Below, piece by piece: positions 14,044-29,014 of a stretch of 64,000 bases of DNA. Positions within the stretch are counted from its first letter, which is position 1; each line of letters starts with the position of its first letter. A model generated the notes under the pieces. The model saw nothing but the letters and a program-made list of their open reading frames with translations, was not told the DNA's origin and made no database searches. Source of the DNA: Piromyces finnis finn. Lineage: Eukaryota > Fungi > Neocallimastigomycota. The position numbers and the translations under genes are program-made. Where the stretch lies: positions 372,001-436,000 of the forward strand of contig MCFH01000015.1 of assembly GCA_002104945.1 (NCBI GenBank). The letters are read 5' to 3'.

Positions 14044-17000
14044 TTTTTTTTTTTTTTTTTTTGAATAACTATAAACTGTAACTATAAAAATAACTTGTTT
14101 TATTTGTTTACGGGTTTTTATTTATTTTTATTTTTTTGTTTGTTTGTTTATTTGTTTTGTTTTGTTTCGCTTTATAGTTTTCTTATTTATTTTATAATTG
14201 TCGCTGATGTAAATGTTAGAATTAAATTATCAAATTTCTATTTAAGATATCACAACAAAAAAATGAAAAATATTTTCTAATTTTGAAAATAACAAAAATG
14301 GAGCAATTATTTTATATTAATATATTAATATACTATTATAAAAAAAAAAAACTCATATATTCAGTCCAAATATTATTATTTACTTTATTGTTAAAATCTT
14401 CTGTCTTTGATAATACAATTAGTTAAATTGTTTTAGTTTGAGTATGTAAAGATTTATTATATGATAATAAATTACCTAAAATATATTATAATGAAAAAAA
14501 AAAAAGAAAGAAAGAAAGAATTTTTAGTTTAACATTAATAATATATTTATTTATTATAAACTAAATAATCAATAATTCATATAGAAACAAAAAATAATTT
14601 ATTTTAAAATGAATAGCAAATTATATAATATTCTTTGTTTATTAATTGTAATTGATATATAAATATATTTATGAATTTCTTTTTTTTTTTTTTTTTTATT
14701 AGAAATGTTTATTCCATTCATAAAATTTTGTACTTTGACTTTATTTGTTAATATTTATTTATTATTTTATTTGTTAAAATATTATTAAAATATAAATATA
14801 TTAAAAAAAACAGTAATATATTAACTATAACCTTTCTATTAATATTGTTATTGTTATTATTGTTGTTATTAAGTTTTTCGAATTTTCATTATTTTTTTTT
14901 TCATTATTAAAAATTACAAGTTAAAAAGATATTTAAAAAGATTTTAAACATATTATTATTTTATTACTCCATAATTTTGAGTTCTTATTTCTTAATTTTT
15001 ATATTTTATATATGAATAATAACTAACAACTTTTATTCAAAATCAAGCATATAACTTTTAATATAATATTAATTATATCCCCTTTATATTAATATCATTA
15101 TCCTTCTCTTATAATAATTATTATGAAATCTTACTAATAATGTTTCAATAAAAAAAAAATAATTTTATTTCTCTCTTATTATGTTTTATCTTTTTTTACT
15201 TTGAAAAATATATTGTTTATCATTAGTATATTATTTTGTCTATTAAAGTTTTATTGTAAATTTGATAAATATTACTGTTTTTATTGTATATATTTAATAA
15301 ATTAAAACTGTTTAAGCATCAACAATATGTTTAAACATATATATATAGATATTATGTATATACTTTGAAATTTACTTTTATTATTGTTTACTGCTAAATA
15401 ATCAATGTATGAATAAATATTCTTTTCATTTTAAAGGAAAATAAATGACTATTCATTTATCACCAATTTAGATTTTTATAAAGTTTTGAATTTAAAATAG
15501 CTTATTATTTTGTTTTTTGAAAATGTCTATTTATTCGATAAAATTTAAATTTGAAATCAAAATTTGTTTAAAATGAAAAATAAAAACATAACAAAAAAAA
15601 AAATAAACTTTATTTTTTTAATAATTTTTTTTTGGGTTAAATATTTAATTTATATATAAATAAATTATTCTTATTTAATTATATTTATAATAATTTTTGT
15701 TTAAAATTTATTAATCCATTTTGAAATATAAAAAATACATTAATTTGTTGTTGAAATGGTAGAAATTATTTATTTTAATTCCCTTTATATGTATATTCCT
15801 TACTCTTTCATAAGACCAATACAGAGTTTTATAGATATTATAATATAAATAAGGATAATTAAATAAAAAAAAAAAAGAATATTACTATTCTAATATTCTT
15901 CTTTTTTTTTATCTATTAATATATTTTAATATTATTAAATAAAAAGTAGTATATTTAATAATAGAGCTTATTCTATTATTATGGTATATACATATTATAC
16001 ATACATTTATTCTTTAAATTTAATTATAGAAAAAGATATACTATTTTCAATAAAATATATGTTAATATTAAAGAAAATAATTAAATAATTAAAAAACTTT
16101 TATAACTTTTATAATATTTATAATATCTAATTAATATATATTTTTAAATAAAAACATTTATATGCTTCTTTCAATATTTACCAAATGAAAAATTCTTTTA
16201 CATTTTAATTATCATTAGAATTACTACCTTTACTTATTTTCTTCTTCTATTAAATCTTTTTTAATATTATTTTTGTTTATCAGTATCTTTCTTTCCAATT
16301 CAATTTATGGGTAGTTTGTTTATTTACTTTTATATTTTCATTATTTTCTGTTATATATGTATTAAACTATCAATTGCTTTTTTTTTTTTTTTTTGTTAAA
16401 CGTTCATTATATGAATCAAATGTTTTATTTTTTTTTCATTTTCCTTCTAATGTTTAATACACCACACACCTTTTAATTATATTCTACCAATAATATTAGT
16501 GAAATTTACAATTAAACACTTTTTGAATGTGTAACCATCATTTTAATTTATTTAAAATATAAATTTATATAAAAACTCAATATATTATTTAATTTAATTT
16601 TTTAAATTTTTTAAAAATTTAAATTTTGATATTGTAATATATTAATATATTGATTTCATTATATTCTAATACATTATCGAAATGCGTATGGAAAATTTTA
16701 ATTATAATTAATAGGTTAGTTTTTGATGTGGAATAAACATATAATAAAAATCTTTCATAAAGGCAAATACTTTTCTTAAAAGGTTTTGAATGAACAGTAA
16801 TTGATTATATCTTTAAACTTTAATAGTGAAATTAACCAAAAACATTTTACTATAATAATTGAGTAAAAATAGATATTATTAAAAAAAAACTTTCATGTAT
16901 TATTAACCACATTATTGTTTATTTTAAATAGGAATTAAAGAGATTATTTTATTGTTAATATTAATATTATAATATTAATCAATATTTTTTGATTTGTTAT

Positions 17001-18823
17001 AATAAAAAAATAAATTAATTACTAGTTTTTAAACATTTACTTGAAAATAGTACTTTTTTTTATATAAAAAATAATTTTTCATTACATTTTGTTAACTAAT
17101 AATCCCTTATTATAAGGGACAAATTAATATTCCTATTCATCATAATTTAATAAAAGGAAAAGTATATCTCCATGATTAATATTAACAATAATAATTGTAG
17201 TCAATATAAAAGAAAAGGAAATAAAAATTAAGTACATATAGATGAAATTTTTATAGTGTGTAATGTGATATCCTTATATTTTCTTTTGATATATATCTCC
17301 ATTTTCTGAGATTACAAATATTTTATTGTAACTTCATAACTTCATTTATATATAATTAATAAATCGAGTCAATATACATATATACATATAATGAAAGTTT
17401 TAAATAAAATACATTAATATTAATTGTATTTTATTATAAATATTTATTTATAAAGGTTATTAAATAAAATTATATTAATACTGTTCATTTTTATATAAGA
17501 TATAAAAGTGAATGTTTGTAAAATAATATCAAATTTAATATATATATTATATAATATATAGTAACAATTGTTTTTTAATATCTGTTATGAATACTTTGAT
17601 ATACATAATGAAATAAATATATTATATATTATTAAAAGTTTTTTTTGACTTTATGATTTTTTTTATTAATGCTAGAAATATATATCTATTGGAAATTAAT
17701 ATACTTTAAAAAATGGATTATACTTAATGGAAAATTTTTATATTTTAAAAGTTAAAGTATAATCCATTTTTTAATGATGTAATATCAATATATAAATAAA
17801 ATACTTTTAAAGCAATATTTAACAATAAGCAATAATCTATTTTAAAGAAAAAAGTTATTAATAAGGAATTGTATTTTTTTTTTAATTTTCCAGAATATTA
17901 TAACCATTAATGTTATATACAATAAATTAATGAATGAATAAATTAATATATAAATAAATATAAATATGTATATATAAATAATTTTAAAAAAAAATTATAA
18001 AAATAAATTTTAAATTATTTCTTTTTTTATTATATATATATATATATTTTTTTTTTCTATGTATTTTTTTTTAAAAACTGATAAGAGATATGTCAATTTA
18101 AATACAAGAAAATAAAAATAATTAAATAAAAGAAATAAAAAAAAAAAGAAAGAAAAAAAAGAAAAAATAAAAAGAAATTAAAAAAAAGAAAGAAAAACAT
18201 AAAAATATAAAGTATACAAAATAAATAATAATTAAAGAAGTATATTATAAATATAAGAATTTAATAATACTTCTAAAAGAAAATAATCACAATCAGTAAG
18301 AATTATTAATTGTATTGAATATTGAATATCATATTAGTAATAATATCGATAAAATAATAATATCCGTTTATCAAGGTTGTAAAATAATCATAAGATTTAT
18401 ATATACATATAACATATATATAATTTTTATATCAATAAGTTATTTAAAAAAGTAATTGCCGAAATTTTTAAAATATAATATAATAAATAAATTATCTTTC
18501 TATATCATCGAAATTCCGAATTTTAAATTAATAAAAGTAGCTAATTAATTTTAAATATTAATAATATATTAATTAATTATTAAAAACTAGAAAAAAAACC
18601 TTTAAAACTTTTTCATAAAATTTAAATGTTTTCTTAATATTAATTAATTAGATATATATAAAGGTAATTATTTTAATTAAATATAACTAGAATTTTCTAA
18701 ATTCTTGATATTACAATCAAGTAAATATGGAAATAATTTTAATAATATAAATTATTAAACATAGAAACAAATGAAAGGATAATTAAATATATATTTATTT
18801 TTAATTCATTATTTTAATTGTAG

Positions 18824-21800
18824 ATGTCATTGTCAACGACACCGTCGAATGAAGTATTAAATAGAATTTTAAATGATTTAAAGAGCAGGTAATTTCTTTA
18901 GAGTATGATTATTATTTTTATTATTAAATAAAAAATCAATATTAATTATTAATGTTTTTCTAAAAAAAAAAAAGATCTGAGGAAACAAAATATAAGGCTG
19001 CAAATGAATTAAGAGACCATGTAAATAATTTAAGCGTTTTAATAATAAAATATTATTAAATTTAAAAATATTAAATATACAATCAAAAATTCAATATATA
19101 TAAAACATTAATTATCCTAATGTTGATTTATTTTAAAAAAAGGTAATATCAATATCTAGAGAAATTTCTGGGGAAAATTTTACAAAATTCATTAATGATG
19201 TTAATAGACGAATTTTTTCCTTGATTCAAAGTAACGACAACGATGAAAAGATTGGTGGTATTTTAGCTATAGGTGATTATTATAAATGATAAATGATTTT
19301 CAGTTTAATTAATAATGGAAATTTAACATATTCATTTTTAAATACATGGCTAACATATTAAAAATGAATTTAATTAAACTTTTACAGATAAATTAATTGA
19401 TTTTGATGGAGAAGAAAATACTACAAAAATTACAAGATTTGCCAATTATTTACGTTTTGTTTTACCAGGAAATGATCTTCAAACTATGGTATTGGCTTCT
19501 AAAGCTTTAGGTCGTTTAGCCCAATCTGGTGGTACATTAACACCTGAATTTGTTGAATTCGAAGTTAAACGTGCTTTAGAATGGCTTCAAGGTAGACTGA
19601 TAGTTTGGTATATTTGAAATTTATAATAATAAATATTCAATTTTCTAAATAAAGTATTTCTTTATATATTATAAGGTGACCGTCATGAATCAAAAAGATA
19701 TGCAGCTGTTTTAGTATTAAAGGAGTTGGCACAAAACGCACCAATTTTAATTTATGCATATGTACCAAAAATATTAAATTTAATTTGGGTTGTATTAAAG
19801 GACCCAAAGGTAATATATATATTTATATAATACGCATCTATCTATATATAAATTTGAAAAATTTTATTGATGGCAATTGATTTTATTTAACATTATTATA
19901 CATATATAATGTCATATTTTCAGAATTAATTTTTTCTAATATTATTTAATGAAATTTTTAAATTTATATTATATATATATAATATAACAACAGGTTGTTA
20001 TTAGAGAAGGTGCTGCAGATGCACTTAGCGTATGTCTTGTTTTAATTCAACAAAGAGATGGTAATTCAAATAATTCATGGTATTCAAAGATTTTAGAAGA
20101 AGCTCAAAGAGGATTAAAATTTGGAAGTTCAGATACAATTCATGGATGTTTATTAGTTATTCGTGAATTACTATTACATACAGGAAATGTAATATTCATA
20201 CTTTTTTTTTATTTTATTTTGTTAAAAGTAATATTAAGTTTTATTCAATACTTATATTATTTATTGTATAATTGTACAATATACATTTGTTATTAATCTT
20301 TGAATAGTTCATGGATCAATACTACAAAGAAATTGCGGATATAGTTTTAAAAAATAGAGATAATAAAGATAGTTTAATTCGTAGAACAGTAATATTATTA
20401 ATGTCAGATTTAGCTGATTTTAATGCAAGAGCTTGTAAAAGTGGTTCTCAAAGTAATAATGAAGATAATACTCAGGCTAATAAATTACTTAATTCAATCT
20501 TCGTTAAGAACTATCTTGATGATTGTATGATTTATTTATTATCTCAATTAAAGAAAGATAGAGATCGTTCAATTGGTAATTATAATTTTTACCATTTCAA
20601 TTTATAACAATGAATAATAATATCTTATTATTAATATTAATGATAAATATATGTATTCCTATTTATATTTATAGTATTCACATCAATTGGTAAAATTGCT
20701 ATTGCTGTTGAAAGTAACATTGGTCCATATTTAGATTCCGTTACCCTTAATATAAAAGAAGTATTAACCCAAAAATCGTGCGTATTTAATATATACATAT
20801 ATATTATTTGACAATTAAACAAAACCGCATTAACAAACTAAACGAATTATTTTATTTATGGTTATTATATATAAAATAGACGTTATCGTGTTGGTACTGA
20901 AGTTTATGTATTCCAATGTATTAGTATGTTAGCTACAGCTGTTGGACAAGTTTTAACAAAGCATATGCATGAACTTTTAGATATTATGCTTGCACAAGGC
21001 TTAAGTGAAGCATTAACTCAAGCACTTTCAGACTTAGCTCATTATATACCACCATTATTACCAACTATTCAAGATCGCTTATTAAATGTATTATCTATTA
21101 TTTTAAGTGGACAACCATATCATCATCCAAGTTCATCATTTGCTAAACAAGCCAATTTAATCCAAACTCAAATGCGTGATTTACAAGTAATATATTTATT
21201 ATAAAGATTTTAATTATAAATTATTAAATTATTAAATAATAACTTATATCCTCTCTTCATTATTTTAAAAAAATAGATAACTGAAGGCCATGAAACCGAA
21301 ATTATAATTTTAGCATTAAAGACATTAGGTACTTTTGATTTTTCTGGTCATATGTTGAATGAGTTTGTAAGAGAATATATAGTAAGATATTTGGAAGATG
21401 ATAATGCGGAAGTTAGAAAATCTGCCGCTATTACATGTTGCCATTTATTAGTCAATGATCCAGTTTGTTATCAAACTAGTAATAATTCAATGCAAATTGT
21501 TGGTGAAGTATTAGAAAAATTATTAACAGTTGGTATTACAGATTCTGATGCTCAAATTAGAAAAACTGTATTATCATCGCTTGATGAAAGATTTGATCAT
21601 CATTTAGCTCAAGCTGAAAATATTAGAACTTTGTTTTTAGCTTTAAATGATGAAGTTTTTGCTATAAGAGAAGTTACAATTTCTATTATTGGTAGATTAA
21701 TTGTTCATAATCCAGCTTATATTATGCCTTCTTTAAGAAAGACCTTAATTCAACTTTTATCTGAAATTGAATATTCTGGTGTTAACTGTAATAAAGAAGA

Positions 21801-24800
21801 AGCTGCTCGTCTTTTATCCCATTTAATTAAAAATTCTAGAAGATTAATAAAACCATATGTTGAACCATTACTTAAGGTATTAATTCCAAAATGTAAAGAT
21901 CCAAGTCCTGGAGTAGCTTCAGAAAGTTTGAAGGCTATTGGTGAATTGGCTTTAATTGGTGAAGATATGGTTTCTTATCTTGATGATTTATTCCCAATGA
22001 TTATTGAAACCTTACAAGATCAAAGTAATATTACTAAAAGAGAAGTAGCTTTAAAAACTTTAGGTCAATTAGCTAGTAATACAGGTTATATTATTGAACC
22101 ATATATCAAGTATCCAAATCTTTTAAATATTCTTATTGGTATTCTCAAGACGGAACAAAACATGGCTATTCGTCGTCAAACAGTTAAAGTAATGGGTATT
22201 CTTGGTGCATTGGATCCATATAAACATAAGGTATTTTTTATTTTCTTAAAATATATAAATAAGTATTAAGGAAGAAAAAAAATATTAAAAAAAGGTTTAA
22301 TATATTTATAATAAATTATTTATTTTAAAGATGGCTTTACGTAACCCAAATGAAAATATCTCAAATGTTAGCAGTGAGACTCCAAAGGATAATTTACCTC
22401 TTGGTTTAAGTCCATCATCTGAAGAATATTATCCAACTGTTGCTATTAATGCTTTAATGAGAATTTTACGTGATCCATCATTAAGTGTTCATCATACAGC
22501 AGTAGTTCAAGCTGTTATTTATATATTCAAGACACTTGGATTAAAATGCGTTTCATTTTTACCACAGGTAAGATGAAGATAATTATTGATCAGTATTAAA
22601 ATTTTTATATATATTAATGGAGGAATAACATTTTTATGTTTTATTAAATTATATACTTTTTTTTTTTGTTTAAACAAACATTATTCTAGATTATGCCGGC
22701 TTTTTTAAACATGATGAGAGTATGTCAAGTTGGTAATCTTGAATTTTACTTCCAACAACTTGGTATTTTAGTCACTGTTGTTAAACAACATATTCGTAAT
22801 TATTTAACCGAAATATACCAATTAATCCAAGAATTCTGGAATTTCAATTCAAATATTCAACTCACTATTATTTCATTAATGGAATCTATTGCAATTGCTT
22901 TAAATTGTGAATTTAAGGCATACCTCCCACAATTATTACCACAATTATTACAAATTTTTGAAACCGATACCTCTGAAAAGCGTCAACTTACAATTAAAGT
23001 TTTAAAGGCTTTTATTGTATTTGGTTCAAATCTTGAAGAATACCTTCATTTAGTTATACCAGTAATTATTAAATTATTTGAACGTATTGATGCTCCATTA
23101 GATTTAAGAAGAGAAGCTATTCAAACTATCGGTAATTTATGTAAAAATGTTAATTTCTCAGATCATGCTAGTAGAATTATTCATCCATTAGTTAGAATAT
23201 TACCAAACACAGAATTAAGAAATGATGCAATGGATACCTTAATTAAATTAGTTTTACAATTAAATAGTGACTACGCTATTTTTGTTCCTATGGTCAATAA
23301 GATTTTAATCAAGAATCATATACAACATGCAGAATATGATAATTTAGTAACGAAATTATTAAAGAATGAACCATTACAAAGAATTAGTGATAATGGAGAA
23401 GAATCTATGGATTCTAACCTTGATGACAATTTAGCTGCAGAAATTACTACAAAGAAATTGCCAGTAAATCAACAACATTTAAAGAAGGCATGGGAAGCTT
23501 CTCAACGTTCTACTAAAGAAGATTGGATGGAATGGCTCAGAAGATTAAGTGTTGAACTTCTCAAAGAATCACCATCTCCAGCTCTTAGAGCTTGTGCAAG
23601 TTTAGCTGCTGTATACTATCCTCTTTCTAGAGAATTATTTAACGCTGGTTTTGTTTCCTGTTGGAGTGAACTCTATGATCAATTCCAAGTAAGTTTTATT
23701 ATTTTTATTTATATATATATATATAATATATGTAATATGATTTGGTTTGCTTTAATTATTGTAAAAACAATTTGAATAAATATTGACAATTTTCCTCATG
23801 AATTAACTAGGATGAATTGGTACATGTTTTAGAAACAGCCTTAGTTTCACCAAATATTCCACCAGAATTAATTCAAACATTATTAAATTTAGCTGAATTT
23901 ATGGAACATGATGATAAGGCATTACCAATTGATATCAAGACCCTTGGTGGTTTCGCTGCTAAATGCCACACATACGCAAAGGCTTTACACTACAAGGAAT
24001 TAGAATTTATTTCTGAACCAAAACCAAGTAATATTGAAGCTTTAATTAGTATTAATAATCAATTACAACAACCAGATTCTGCCATTGGTATTCTTACCTA
24101 TGCTCAAGAAAATCATGATATTAAATTAAAGGAATCATGGTATGAAAAGTTACAAAGATGGGAAGATGCTTTGGCTGCTTACGAACGTAAACAATTAGAA
24201 GATCCACTTTCAATTGAAGCTACTATTGGTAGAATGCGTTGTCTTCATGCTTTAGGTGAATGGGAAGCATTATCACAATTAGTAAAAGAAAAATGGGTTT
24301 ACGCTAGTGAAGATACAAGAAAGACTATGGCTCCATTGGCTGCTGGTTCTGCATGGGGTTTAAGTGATTATGAATTAATGGAAGAATATATTGGTGTTAT
24401 GAAGCCTGACAGTCCTGATGGTAGTTTCTTTAGAGCAATTTTAAATGTCAATGGCAATCTTTATCCACAAGCTGAACAATATATCAATAAGACTCGTGAT
24501 CTCTTAGATACCGAATTAACTGCCCTTGTTGGTGAAAGTTATAATAGAGCTTACAGTGTTGTTGTTCGTATTCAAATGCTTGCTGAATTAGAAGAAATTA
24601 TTACCTATAAGAAATTATTTGATCAACCAGAAAGACAAGAAACAATACGAAAGACATGGATGAAACGTTTAAAGGGATGTCAAAAGAATATTGATATATG
24701 GCATCGTATTTTAAGAATTCAAGCCTTAGTAATTTCTCCAAAGGAAAATATGGAAATGTGGATTAAATTTGCTAATTTATGTAGAAAGGGTGGACGTCTT

Positions 24801-25871
24801 AATACTTCATTAAAAACCTTACTCACCTTATCAAATAATAATTCCTTAGATGGTGATCCAATGAACAATCCACCACCAGTTGTATATGCTTATCTTAAGT
24901 ACTTATGGGCAATACCAGAAAATAGAAATCATGCCTACCAAATTATGAAGATTTTCACCAAAGATTTAGTTAATCGTTTAGAAAATTCTTCTTACAATGA
25001 TATATCCTACCATATGGATAATAATTCAAATATGAATAATTATCAAAATTCTATTAAACTACAAAAATTAATTGCCAGATGTTACTTAAGATTAGGTGAA
25101 TGGCAAAAAGCTCAAACAGATGAACTTACCATTGAAACTATTCCAGAAATTCTATCATCACTTCATTCTGCTACTCATTATGATAGTGAATGGTATAAGG
25201 CATGGCATGCTTGGGCCTTAACAAACTTTGAAGTTATTAATTATTATGAAAAGGCTAGTGACAGTAATAATGTATCAGCTAAAGACTTAATTGAATATGT
25301 TAAACCATCCATTTTCGGTTTCTTCAAATCTATCGCTTTAAGTAAATCCAATTCACTTCAAGATACTCTTCGTCTTATTACTTTATGGTTTAAGTATGGT
25401 TATAATGGTGAAGTTAATGCAGCTGTTAATGATGGTTTAAGCCGTGTTAGTGTTGATACATGGCTTCAAGTTATACCACAAGTAAATATAAAACAAATTA
25501 TATATATATATATATATATATTTATTTATGCATCGTTTAAATCTTTATAAAAAATTAAATTTATTATTATATCATTATTATGATTATAATGAAAATTTTA
25601 TTAATAAATTTTATTTTATTTTTTTTATTAATTATAGTTAATTGCTCGTATCTATACCAATCATTCCCATGTTCGTAATTTACTTCAACAATTACTTACA
25701 GATGTAGGTAAGGAACATCCTCAAGCTTTAGTATACTCATTAACTGTTGCTTCAAAATCTCCAAATATTGAACGTCAAAACGCTGCCAATTCTATTATGG
25801 AAAAAATGATGATTCATAGTGCTACACTTGTAAATCAAGTAAATATCAAAAAAAAAAAGATTATAAATATC

Positions 25872-25902
<31 letters not shown>

Positions 25903-28370
25903 GTATAATTTTTATATTTTTAGTATTTTTATTTTTATTTTTATTATATATATATTATTGTTATTATTTTTATTATTAATGTTCAAGAATAGATAATGAA
26001 AATAATTCTTGTATTCTTGCACTTTTATATTTTTATTAATGGTAATTTGTTTATATAAATATCAATATAGGCTTTATTAGTATCACAAGAACTTATTAGA
26101 GTAGCTATTTTATGGCATGAAATGTGGCATGAAGGAATAGAAGAAGCTTCAAGATTATACTTTGGTAATCATAATATTGAAGGAATGTTTGCCACATTAC
26201 AACCACTTCATCAAATGTTAGAAAAAGGTCCAGAAACTATGAGAGAAATTTCATTTAATCAAGGTTTTGGTAGAGATTTATCTGAAGCCTTAGATTGGTG
26301 TAGAAAATACACAAAGACCAAAGATATCAATGATCTTAATCAAGCTTGGGATCTTTACTATACTGTATTCAGAAAGATTAATAAACAATTACCACAATTA
26401 ACTTCCTTAGAACTTAAATATGTCTCGCCTAAATTATTAAATGCTAGAGATTTAGAACTTGCTGTCCCAGGTCAATACCGTAGTGGTGAACCTGTTATCA
26501 GAATTCAATCCTTTATTCCAACTTTGAATATCATTACTTCCAAACAAAGACCAAGAAGATTGTCAATAAAGGGTAGTGATGGAAAAGAATATCAATATTT
26601 ACTTAAGGGTAAGAATAAATTTATATATAATAAAAAATTATTATTTTTATTAGATAATTTCATTTAAAATATATATTATTAAAACAATACCAATTATTAT
26701 TATAATTATTATAATTATTGTTTTTTTTTGGGGGGGTTGTATATTATATATACAGGTCATGAAGATCTTCGTCAAGATGAACGTGTTATGCAATTATTCG
26801 GTTTAATTAATACTTTATTAGCAGATGATCCAGAAACTTTCACTCGTCATATGAATATTCAACGTTATCCTGTTATACCATTATCACCAAATTCAGGTTT
26901 AATTGGTTGGGTACCACATTGTGATACTTTACACGCTTTAATTCGTGATTATAGAGAAAGTAAGAAAACTTTACTTAATATTGAACATCGTCTTATGCTT
27001 CAAGTAACGTATTCCCCTTTACAGTTTTAAAATTTAATATTTATTCCTTTGTTTTTCATAGGAAAATATATATATATATATGTATTAATGTATTTTAATA
27101 TATATATCTATTTTTTTTATTTTTAAATAGATGGCACCAGATTATGATAATCTTACTTTATTACAAAAAGTTGAAGTATTTGAATATGCTGCTGATAATA
27201 CTACAGGTCAAGATTTATACAAGGTTTTATGGATAAAGAGTAGAAATTCCGAAGTAAGTATCCTTGTATATTAAAAATAATAACGATAAATAATATTTAT
27301 GATAAAAAAAAAAAAAGGACTTTTATTCATTTTTTCTTTTTATAATTTTAAAAAATAGGCTTGGTTAGATAGACGTACTAACTATACCAGATCATTAGCA
27401 GTAATGTCTATGGTTGGATATATCCTTGGTCTTGGTGATAGACATCCATCTAATTTAATGTTAGATAGATTTACAGGTAAGGTTGTCCATATTGATTTCG
27501 GTGATTGTTTCGAAGTAGCTATGCATCGTGAAAAATTCCCAGAACGTATTCCATTCAGATTAACAAGAATGTTAATTAATGCTATGGAAGTCAGTGGTAT
27601 TGAAGGTAACTTTAGAATTACTTGTGAACATGTTATGAGAGTTCTTCGTGAAAATAAGGATAGTTTGATGGCTGTATTGGAAGCTTTCGTATACGATCCA
27701 TTAATTAACTGGAGATTAATTACCAATCCAAGTCCAAAGATTGGTAAGTTTAAAAAAAAAAAATTTTTTTTTTATAATATTATATACATTTGAGACTTTT
27801 ATTTTTTAAAATATATATATATATATATTATATTAATAACCCTCCTCCTTATAATAATATACAATTATTTTAGACAATAAACCTACTCAAAATAAGAGAA
27901 ATGATGGTAAATAAATATTTTATAAATATTTTATTGATTAATAATAAGAAATTTATAATAAAATAAATGATTAATATATAATATATATCTCTATAAATTA
28001 GATGAAAATCACAACTTTTATGGAAATAGAAAACAAAGAAATGAAAATGATTTGGTTAACAATGGTAAAAAAATTAAATAATAGAATGTATTCATAATTT
28101 TTGAACTATTTTTAAAAATTAATTATTAACATTTTTTTTTTTTTTTTTTTTTTTTTTTTGGAAATTAATATAGAAGAAATAGACAAGGTTGAATACTTGA
28201 ACCCACGTGCTGTACAAATTGTTAATCGTATTCAAAATAAATTAACTGGTCGTGACTTTAAACCAAACAATGTTTTAGATGTTCGTTCTCAAGTATATCA
28301 ATTAATAGAACAAGCAACATCTGTAGAAAATCTTTGTCAATGTTATATTGGTTGGTGTGCTTTCTGGTAG
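18824..28370 (+). CDS. TOR: Target of rapamycin kinase (HEAT-FAT-FRB-PI3K-like kinase-FATC), many introns
   Basis: Starts [21 protein letters not shown] at ATG 18824. HEAT region includes ITRFANYLR and [18 protein letters not shown] region includes [11 protein letters not shown] is [15 protein letters not shown]. Kinase region includes [28 protein letters not shown] and [15 protein letters not shown]...[13 protein letters not shown] ends [14 protein letters not shown] at TAG 28368-28370. Confidence 0.97.
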
Positions 28371-29014
28371 AAAAACTTTTTTTCAACCTCATGAAAATTA
28401 AATTATTTATATATATCAATTTATTTAAAATATCATAAATATTTTAAGATAATATTTAAAAATTAATAATACAAAAAAAAAAAAAAAAAAAAAAAAAAAA
28501 AGCAAAAACTGTATAAAATCAAAATTTTTAAAGAAATAGGATAATTAAAAATAATGAAATAAAATAAAAATTAAATAAAAATATACATATTATTATAATC
28601 TAAACTATTATAAAAAGATGAAAAAAAATAAGTATGTCTCACATATAAATTTATGATTTTTTCTAATCCAATATAAAAATATATTTCTTTATTTTGTCCT
28701 TAACATCGAAAGTTCACTTTTCATAATTCCTATTTTTTAATAATTTTAACAATAAATCATAATAGAATAAACATTTTTACTTTCTTTTCATTAATTTCAA
28801 TATTCCTCTTTCACACACACCCACATTTTCACATTTCACTTAAAAACACATTTTCATATATATATTTTTAAATTTTTTTATTTATTTATTTATATTTTAC
28901 ATTTTTAACTAATTTCTACATTTATATAAATTTAAAAAAAAAAATCGGCTTACCTAAAAAAAAATAATAAATAAAAATATTTTAGTATTTTTCTTTAAAA
29001 CTTATTCTCATTAT

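Noticed and set aside
17103-17119. 8-bp inverted repeat TCCCTTAT-T-ATAAGGGA
   Set aside because: Isolated and short, with no partner or context.
27258-27265. GTATCCTT, a U12-type 5' splice site core, in a TOR intron
   Set aside because: The in-frame donor is GTAAGT at 27254. Using 27258 would frameshift, and I saw no U12 branch site.
28704-28714. 11-nt complement to 18S (CATCGAAAGTT)
   Set aside because: No adjacent D box or terminal stem; 11-mers like this are expected by chance.
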